From: an uncultured Clostridia bacterium
GTDB taxonomy: Bacteria; Bacillota; Clostridia; Oscillospirales; Ruminococcaceae
Assembly (NCBI GenBank): GCA_947363605.1
Contig: CANAQK010000003.1
Coordinates: 1,415 to 65,414, forward strand
Length of the DNA: 64,000 nt
Direction of reading: 5' to 3'
The number at the start of each line of letters is the position of its first letter. Position 1 is the first letter of the stretch. The notes under the pieces are model-generated. The model was not told the DNA's origin. It did not search any database and was given only the letters and a program-made list of their open reading frames with translations. The translations under genes and the position numbers were made by a program. Below are positions 58,117 to 64,000 of the stretch, piece after piece.

Positions 58117-59250
58117 TCAGGAGTTTTCCGAAGAAGCGTTGTCCGCTGCGGAGGAGGAACTCTCCTGCGTTAAAGATGGAGGTGTAAAAGAAGGATCTAC
58201 CGTTTGGTACATATTTTCAAAGGTAATTTTCTTTACCAGGTCTTCCTTCACGACAACTTCTGCTTCCTTCATCCAGCCTTCCAGCAAAGATTCAAAATCC
58301 TCACCAGTGATGACGTTCCGTCCAGTGGAAGGAGCGTAGGTTTCCTGCTGTTCCGGATCCAGCGGCATCCGCCGGATAATATGCCAGCCGAATTCACTCT
58401 TCACCAAGCCGGAGGTTTCATTCTCTTTTAAGGCCAGCGCTCCCTGGTAAAATGGATCGACCATCTCGCCTTCCCTGAAAATATACCCCTCTGGGAAAAA
58501 GAGAGGCTGGGTCGGATCTGCGGTGTACTCCTTTGACAGCTCATCAAAATCACCGCCGTCCTGCACTTTTTGCAGGACTTCCTTAGCCAGCGCTTCCTGC
58601 TTAGCCAGTTCATCGCCCTCCAGCGGATTACCCTCCTCATCCTGGGACGAAATCAGGATATGCTTCGCCTGGATAAAGGTTTCGTTATAAAACCGGGTCA
58701 ATTCCTCAGCGCTCGGAATCAAAACACCGCCTTTACCGAAATAACGTTCCTCCAACCCGTTGGCATACGCTCCTGTCCGCAAACTGGCCTCATAGAGTTC
58801 TTCCGTCAGCCCCTGCTCCTTGAGCGCCGCTTGGAAGGCTTCTTCCCCACCGGATTCGGTCACTGCCTCCTGCTTAGCCTGTTCCACCAAATCCAGCAGT
58901 TCGTCTGTCAAGGTAAGCCCTTCTTTTTCGAACTGTCCGGCAATCACATAATTTTGCGCAACAGAATCCCGTGTATTATCATGTAAGATTTTCAGCAGCT
59001 GAGGGCCGTTTTCGGGATCTTCCCAGTCGCTCAGGGAAAGCCCCTGATCTTCAAACTGCTCCTCCATCCCCCATTTGACGTTGATCATATACGCGGCATA
59101 TTCCCGGGCGGATATTTCTTTCCCATTTACCGTCATCACAGTAACGCCGCTTTCCAAAGGCTGAACAGTATCCCCGCAGCCGGTAAAAGCCGCTGCACAG
59201 AGCAGTACCGCCATCAGTCCCGCTGCCGCCCGATTTATCTTTTGTTTCAT
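58117..59250 (-). CDS. prsA: PrsA-like peptidylprolyl isomerase lipoprotein (parvulin type)
   Basis: It has the lipobox AAFTGCG and a PPIC domain (HILISSQDEEG...SEFGWHIIRRM). A GGAGGAAGG RBS lies before the ATG at 59250. The ORF-track extension to 59859 overlaps the rubrerythrin gene. Confidence 0.85.
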   Translation of the reverse strand: MKQKINRAAAGLMAVLLCAAAFTGCGDTVQPLESGVTVMTVNGKEISAREYAAYMINVKWGMEEQFEDQGLSLSDWEDPENGPQLLKILHDNTRDSVAQNYVIAGQFEKEGLTLTDELLDLVEQAKQEAVTESGGEEAFQAALKEQGLTEELYEASLRTGAYANGLEERYFGKGGVLIPSAEELTRFYNETFIQAKHILISSQDEEGNPLEGDELAKQEALAKEVLQKVQDGGDFDELSKEYTADPTQPLFFPEGYIFREGEMVDPFYQGALALKENETSGLVKSEFGWHIIRRMPLDPEQQETYAPSTGRNVITGEDFESLLEGWMKEAEVVVKEDLVKKITFENMYQTVDPSFTPPSLTQESSSSAADNASSENS

Positions 59251-59359
59251 CTGTCTATCCTTCCTCCGCCGGTCTGGCGGGAATGCAATGAAATGGATGA
59301 GGTCCTTCCTTCTGCACTTAACTACAGGAAGAACCCCCTTGAAAAAAACTTGTACCGGT

Positions 59360-59905
59360 TCAGCGGAAAGCCAGAGGATCCGCACGGGTGAAGCTTCCCT
59401 CTGCTTCCTTACAAAAAGGGCAGACATGAGGGGCCGCCGTTCCAGCCGTCCGATACCCGCAGCTTTGGCAGTGCCAGTCCTGTGCCTGATCATCCGCATA
59501 AAGGCGGCCTTCCGACAGCCTCCTTGCCCAGAGCCGGAACAGCTGCTCATGCTCACGCTCAATCCCCGCCGCATAATGGAACTGCCGGGCCATCTGCTCA
59601 AATCCTTCTTCTTTGGCCGTTTCTGCAAAGCTGGCGTACAGCTCGCTCCATTCAAAATGCTCCCCATCCGCCGCATCCTCAAGCAGACGCTGCAATCCGG
59701 GCGTTTCCCCTCCATGCAGCAGGGTAAACCAAATTTTGGTATGCCTTTTTTCCTGTTCCGCAACCCGGCTGAACAGTTCTGCCAGCGCAGGCTGACCCTC
59801 CTTCTCTGCCTGCTCGGCATAAAATGTATATTTACTCTCCGTCTGCGATTCCCCTGCATAGGCAGTCAGCAGGTTCGCAAAGGTTTTTGAACGTTTGAAG
59901 TCCAT
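59360..59905 (-). CDS. rbr: Rubrerythrin
   Basis: It has diiron ferritin-like motifs (ESQTESKYTFYAEQAEKEG, EQEKRHTKIW, EREHEQLF) and a C-terminal rubredoxin-like CQSCGY...CPFC. Confidence 0.9.
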   Translation of the reverse strand: MDFKRSKTFANLLTAYAGESQTESKYTFYAEQAEKEGQPALAELFSRVAEQEKRHTKIWFTLLHGGETPGLQRLLEDAADGEHFEWSELYASFAETAKEEGFEQMARQFHYAAGIEREHEQLFRLWARRLSEGRLYADDQAQDWHCQSCGYRTAGTAAPHVCPFCKEAEGSFTRADPLAFR

Positions 59906-59971
59906 ATAAAAGCCCTCCTTCAGCAATCATCCGCTTGAAGTATGGCCTATATTTTTCCATTCTAAACAGGA

Positions 59972-60631
59972 TCATGAATTATTTTTTGCCATTTTCCTGA
60001 CATTTTTATTGTGGTCCGCAATCCGCTTTTTATCGGTCACCTCATATTTTTTCAAAATCCCATAAATCTGTTCCACATCAAAATTATGATCCTGCTGGAA
60101 ACGGGGCTGGCGCAAAAACCGGCGCAGCCGTTCCACCCGGATAATCGGAAGATTGTTCGGCAAATAAAGGGTGGATTTTCTCTGGGTAAAAACAACCAGG
60201 CTTTCGATATTCAGATTATATAAATTCTCTTTCCCGCAAAGATAGCGGATACAGTCGATATGGGTCTGGTTCTGAAGCAGTGGGTTATACAAGGAGCGCC
60301 GTTTCCCGCCCACGATATGCAGCCAGTCTTTTTTCTTGGGTTCGCCGTAAATTTCGCCCTTCAGGTTTTTGGTTTCTACAACCAGAATCCCGAAAAAGCC
60401 GATCAGCACATGGTCAATCTGGGTCGTCTTATCATAAAGCGGCAGATATAAATCGTCAATAACCTTGTAGCTCCGCAGCCGCGCATAGCGGCGCAGGATA
60501 CGGGAAACCTGTTTCTCCCCTTCCTTCCCCAATTTTTGAAGCTTCCTTTTTTTCATCCAGGCCGCGGCGACCAGCAACAGCACCGCAAGCAGGATAATCC
60601 CTCCCAAAACCCAATAGATATTTAATTTCAT
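59972..60631 (-). CDS. Membrane-anchored NERD (nuclease-related) domain protein
   Basis: It has an N-terminal TM helix, then GKEGEKQVSRIL...TTQIDHVLIGFFGILVVETKNLKGEIYG. The gene is visibly AT-richer than its neighbours. The RBS is GGAGG. Confidence 0.8.
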   Translation of the reverse strand: MKLNIYWVLGGIILLAVLLLVAAAWMKKRKLQKLGKEGEKQVSRILRRYARLRSYKVIDDLYLPLYDKTTQIDHVLIGFFGILVVETKNLKGEIYGEPKKKDWLHIVGGKRRSLYNPLLQNQTHIDCIRYLCGKENLYNLNIESLVVFTQRKSTLYLPNNLPIIRVERLRRFLRQPRFQQDHNFDVEQIYGILKKYEVTDKKRIADHNKNVRKMAKNNS

Positions 60632-60891
60632 GAAAGATCCTCCAACCGTCAAATTTTCCCGCAAAGCGGAAGATAGTTTTATTTTATCATAGATTGCGTT
60701 CTTTTTCAACGGCTGACTTCCGGCGGGAGTGCCCTTCGCGCATTTTGTAAAAGGATCAGACCTTCAAGAGAAGCCGCCTTCGAGCTGCGTTCCTCCGGCG
60801 TCAAAGCGGGGAGGCTCGGCAGCAGGGAAGCATTCCCGCTATCCACCATGTAGGGGTTCCCAGGGTGGGATCCCCCTTTCCCACAAAATCT

Positions 60892-61728
60892 TTATTTTCG
60901 ATGCTCCCCTTCCGGCTGAACCGGTATCTCAATCTGGACGAAGGCATCTTCCTCTTTGTCGATTACATTTTCATTGATAATCACCTCATAGGAAAATCCG
61001 GATAAGGCAAGACCGTGCTCCGCCGCATAATGGAATATTTTCTGATAGCACTGCACCCCATTCCTCCCCAAATTCTGATAAAAAGCCCGCAGGTATTTCC
61101 CGGAGGGCTGTCTATGCAGCCCCGCCCGCTTGACAGGGAACGGGATTTCAATAAACAATTTGGAATAATCTTCAAAACGGCCGCTGTACAGGCTTTCCAC
61201 TGAAATCATTGTTCCATAAGAAGCATCGTGCAGACGGCGCAGCTGGTATTTCTTTGTTTCGGCCGTAATCATTTCCACCTGTTTATCAAAAGAAGTATCC
61301 GGATCGATTTCCACCGTGACCAGCGTACGCCCTTTCTGCTCAAGGACGCTGATTTCAGATAGATCCATGGTCAGCAGCATTGTCATATTCCGGCGATGAT
61401 GGAGCAGAGTTTCCCGGACTGCCCGCAGATGGGCCATGTCCCGATCCAAAGCCTCAATCTGTTTCTGCAAAAGCTGTTCCAAACCAGCAGCCGAGCGGTT
61501 CTGCATGAAAGGCTGAATTTCATCAATCGGCATATCCAGTTCCCTCAGCAGCAGGATAGTTTCCAGAATCGAGCTTTGGTGGTAGCTGTAATACCGGTAT
61601 CCGCTTTCTGGATCAACCATCATCGGATGGAACAAACCGATTTCATCATACCACATCAGCGTCTTTTTGTTGATGCTGTGCAATGCTGCAAACTGGCCGA
61701 TCGTGAGCAGTTTATTTTTTTTCTCCAT
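60892..61728 (-). CDS. MerR-family regulator with GyrI-like effector-binding domain (BmrR-type)
   Basis: It has the N-terminal HTH LTIGQFAALHSINKKTLMWYDEIGLFHP, a coiled coil, and a C-terminal GyrI-like domain. Confidence 0.9.
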   Translation of the reverse strand: MEKKNKLLTIGQFAALHSINKKTLMWYDEIGLFHPMMVDPESGYRYYSYHQSSILETILLLRELDMPIDEIQPFMQNRSAAGLEQLLQKQIEALDRDMAHLRAVRETLLHHRRNMTMLLTMDLSEISVLEQKGRTLVTVEIDPDTSFDKQVEMITAETKKYQLRRLHDASYGTMISVESLYSGRFEDYSKLFIEIPFPVKRAGLHRQPSGKYLRAFYQNLGRNGVQCYQKIFHYAAEHGLALSGFSYEVIINENVIDKEEDAFVQIEIPVQPEGEHRK

Positions 61729-61743
61729 TTCCCCAATTCCCTC

Positions 61744-61774
61744 TTGACTGTACAGTTACTGTACGGTTTATTAT
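61744..61774 (+). promoter_or_regulatory. MerR-type promoter/operator of the MATE gene (19-bp spacer)
   Basis: TTGACT, a 19-nt spacer, then TATTAT. The spacer contains the perfect palindrome GTACAGT-T-ACTGTAC (61750-61764). Confidence 0.7.
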
Positions 61775-61817
61775 AAAACACACACCGAAGAAATACAAGT
61801 GGATAAGGAGAAAAATC

Positions 61818-63149
61818 ATGGATCATCAAACTGCTTACAGCAAACCGGTCACTCTAAAAAATATCCTCCAGTTCGCCATTCCTACGATTGCCATGTCTGT
61901 CTTTATGTCCTTTTACACGATGGTTGACGGGCTGTTCGTGTCCAACCTGATCGGCACCAGCGCACTGTCGGCCATCAACCTGACCGCCCCGGTAATTCAA
62001 CTGGTAACCGCCATCTCCACTATGCTGGCCACTGGCGGAAGTGCGGTTATTATGCGGAAAATGGGAGAAAAAAAGCCCCAGGAAGCCAAGGAGGATTTCA
62101 CCTTCCTGATCCTGATAAACGTCACAGCCGGCCTGGTCATGACCCTGCTCGGATACGCCCTGGTTGGGAGGATTTTCGGGAACATGGGGTTGTCCGCAGA
62201 GGTTGCCGGGTACTGTACCTCCTATCTCAACAACTATCTTCTCTTTACGGTTCCGATCCTGCTGATGAACAACTTCACACTTTATATGATTGCTTCCGAA
62301 AAAGCGACCTTATCGCTGATCTGTTCCGTGACAGGAGGCGTGCTGAACATCCTGCTGGATTATCTGTTTATCCAGATTTGGGATATGGGGATCAGCGGCG
62401 CGGCGGTCGCAACGGGGCTGGGCTATTCTGTAACTGCCGCGGCAGGCCTGATCGTATTCAGCCGGAAAAAGAACCTGCTGCATTTCACAAAGCCTGTTGT
62501 GCGCTTCAAGGTGGTTTGGAATGCAGCCGCCAATGGCTGCTCTGAAATGGCAACCGCCCTGGTCACCGGGATTATTACGATGATGTTCAACTGGACCATG
62601 CTCCGCTATGTTGGCGAGGACGGTATTGCTGCTGTCACCATCATCATGTATGTCCTAATGTTTGCCAGTTCTCTTTACACCGGTTATTCCTACGGCGTCG
62701 CCCCGATGCTCAGCTATTACTATGGTGAGCAAAATCATGAAAAACTGAAAAAGCTCGTTTCGGCCAGCCTGAGGGTAATTGCCGTCATTTCCGTCATAAC
62801 AGCAGCTGTATCCTTCATCGCCACAAAGCCCTTGGTATCCATTTTTGCACGGCCAGACAATCCGGTCTATGAACTGGCCGCAGCCGGAAACCGGATCTGT
62901 ACCCTGGCGCTGTTCTTCATCGGCTTCAATATCTTTACTAGCGGGATGTTCACCGCACTGTCCAACGGGATTGTTTCTGCTATCCTGGCCTTCTCCCGTT
63001 CCTTCGTGTTCATGCTGATCACCATGCTGATACTGCCTGCCCTTTTGGGCGTAACCGGTATCTGGCTGGCTACACCGGCGGCAGAACTGATGGCATTGGC
63101 TTTATCTATGTTTATGTTCTTCAAATGCCGGAAACGGTATCAGTATTAA
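61818..63149 (+). CDS. MATE-family efflux transporter
   Basis: It is a 12-TM protein with an N-terminus like ILQFAIPTIAMSVFMSFYTMVDGLFVSNLIGTSALSAINL. Confidence 0.92.
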   Translation: MDHQTAYSKPVTLKNILQFAIPTIAMSVFMSFYTMVDGLFVSNLIGTSALSAINLTAPVIQLVTAISTMLATGGSAVIMRKMGEKKPQEAKEDFTFLILINVTAGLVMTLLGYALVGRIFGNMGLSAEVAGYCTSYLNNYLLFTVPILLMNNFTLYMIASEKATLSLICSVTGGVLNILLDYLFIQIWDMGISGAAVATGLGYSVTAAAGLIVFSRKKNLLHFTKPVVRFKVVWNAAANGCSEMATALVTGIITMMFNWTMLRYVGEDGIAAVTIIMYVLMFASSLYTGYSYGVAPMLSYYYGEQNHEKLKKLVSASLRVIAVISVITAAVSFIATKPLVSIFARPDNPVYELAAAGNRICTLALFFIGFNIFTSGMFTALSNGIVSAILAFSRSFVFMLITMLILPALLGVTGIWLATPAAELMALALSMFMFFKCRKRYQY

Positions 63150-63191
63150 AGCAATATCCGGCCCTTGGGAATCCCAAGAGCCGGATCCTTT

Positions 63192-63653
63192 TTAGCTTTG
63201 ATTTTTTTCTTTCAGCCTGTGGTTCATCCGCTTGATCTGCCTTTTGATCACGCTGTATTGTGAAACCCAAATCACTGCGTAGATCAAAAAGAACTGCCCG
63301 AAATACCCCAAAACACCGACGAAGCTGCGGGGCATCCATTGCAGGAAATAGGCAATGGGAAGGGATACTGCCGAACAGAGAACCAGATGGCTGAGCGTCA
63401 TTTTTAATAAGCTCCAGCTCTCTATCCTCCAGATCACCGAAGCCCCGCCCCACACAGCGCCGTACAGCATCCCAAAAACCGTTTGCAGAACTACAGCGCC
63501 TAGTTCACTGCCGCATTCGGCAATCAACTCATACGGCGCCGCAAAGTACTCCCCGCTCCCATAGGACAACGAAAAGAGGATCGTAATAAGAGTACAGACT
63601 GTCACCCCGATCGGTGCGCCTATCAAAGCGCGCATCAGTATTTGTTTTTTCAT
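63192..63653 (-). CDS. DUF3021-family membrane protein
   Basis: It is a 4-TM protein of 153 aa (ALIGAPIGVTVCTLITILFS...GMLYGAVWGGASVIW) and starts 9 nt after the LytTR gene. Confidence 0.78.
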   Translation of the reverse strand: MKKQILMRALIGAPIGVTVCTLITILFSLSYGSGEYFAAPYELIAECGSELGAVVLQTVFGMLYGAVWGGASVIWRIESWSLLKMTLSHLVLCSAVSLPIAYFLQWMPRSFVGVLGYFGQFFLIYAVIWVSQYSVIKRQIKRMNHRLKEKNQS

Positions 63654-63662
63654 CGAATCACC

Positions 63663-64000
63663 TCATATTCCCAGTACCTGTTTGATTTTATGGACATATC
63701 TTCTTGAAACGTAGGTCACCGTGCCATTTACCAAGGAAACACAGATCGAACCTGTAAAGCTTAAATCAAAGCTTTTAACTTTTTTCAGATTGATAATCTC
63801 GGAATGGGAGATCCGGACAAACAAGCTTTTATCCAACCGTTCCTCCAATTCATACAAGCGCAATCGCAGCGTATATTCCCCGGCCGCAGTCACGGCCAAA
63901 ACTTTTCCAGCCTCTGCATAAATCCGGAGTATTTCCGCCTGTTCCAGCACTTCCAGCTTTTCGTCCCGAAATCCGGAAAGAACCTGTGGGGACTCCTCAG
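63663..64000 (-). CDS. LytTR-family DNA-binding protein (5' end outside window)
   Basis: It has the LytTR domain FVRISHSEIINLKKVKSFDLSFTGSICVSLVNGTVTYVSRRYVHKIK. The frame stays open to base 64000. Confidence 0.8.
   Translation of the reverse strand, partial: EESPQVLSGFRDEKLEVLEQAEILRIYAEAGKVLAVTAAGEYTLRLRLYELEERLDKSLFVRISHSEIINLKKVKSFDLSFTGSICVSLVNGTVTYVSRRYVHKIKQVLGI

Noticed and set aside
58117-59859. Very long N-terminal extensions appear in the ORF track, for example 58117-59859, 11545-14136, 7926-9143, 23215-24042 and 6768-7328.
   Set aside because: The extensions overlap well-supported upstream genes in other frames and lack RBSs. Internal ATG or GTG starts with good RBSs reproduce canonical N-termini.
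60706-60849. A 47-aa minus-strand ORF (MVDSGNASLLPSLPALTPEERSSKAASLEGLILLQNARRALPPEVSR) in the GC-rich spacer.
   Set aside because: There is no Shine-Dalgarno sequence within reach of the ATG, and the region is better described by its dense hairpins. I kept it only as part of the spacer finding.
1-64000. I looked for tRNA, rRNA, tmRNA, CRISPR arrays, intact transposases and prophage blocks.
   Set aside because: I noticed no T-loop or acceptor-type tRNA signatures, rRNA-like stretches, regularly spaced direct repeats, transposase ORFs or phage structural genes. A computational scan (tRNAscan-SE, Infernal, a CRISPR finder) would be needed for certainty.

Overview
This 64-kb window is a chromosomal segment from a spore-forming Firmicute. 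The gene order looks Clostridia-like. About two thirds is densely packed, mostly minus-strand housekeeping DNA. It holds the yabR-divIC-yabQ-yabP-yabO-hup-mazG-spoVB-like block, an FMN riboswitch with ribU, efp-pepP-aroQ, yqeG-rpsU-leuS-rsfS-LCP-yqeK-nadD-yhbY-rdgB, ftsY-smc-radical SAM-rnc-plsX-trmFO-topA-dprA, and rplT-rpmI-infC behind an L20-leader-like attenuator. The rest is accessory or metabolic. It includes birA, GH2 and GH29 glycosidases, and a visibly AT-richer islet at about 39.7-44.8 kb. That islet carries a PepSY-like protein, a two-component system, a degraded tyrosine-integrase remnant, a GNAT gene and a decayed ATPase. Further accessory genes are a choloylglycine-hydrolase-family gene, an MCP, an AraC/ThuA/Gfo-Idh-MocA sugar cluster, pepT, gltX, prsA-like, rubrerythrin, an AT-rich NERD gene, a MerR-MATE pair and a LytTR-DUF3021 pair. 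I saw no rRNA, tRNA or CRISPR array. The least explained signal is a family of three same-orientation interspersed elements of about 182 bp (9598-9778, 50633-50815, 54550-54732). They have inverted termini and six local hairpins whose stems change by compensatory substitutions between copies. Other items worth a second look are a GIY-YIG ORF with no stop codon that reads in frame into gltX across an internal promoter, a GC-rich hairpin-dense 190-nt spacer next to the NERD gene, and a 16-bp inverted repeat bracketing the whole yabO-yabP spacer. All calls come from reading the sequence and the supplied translations. No database searches were run.
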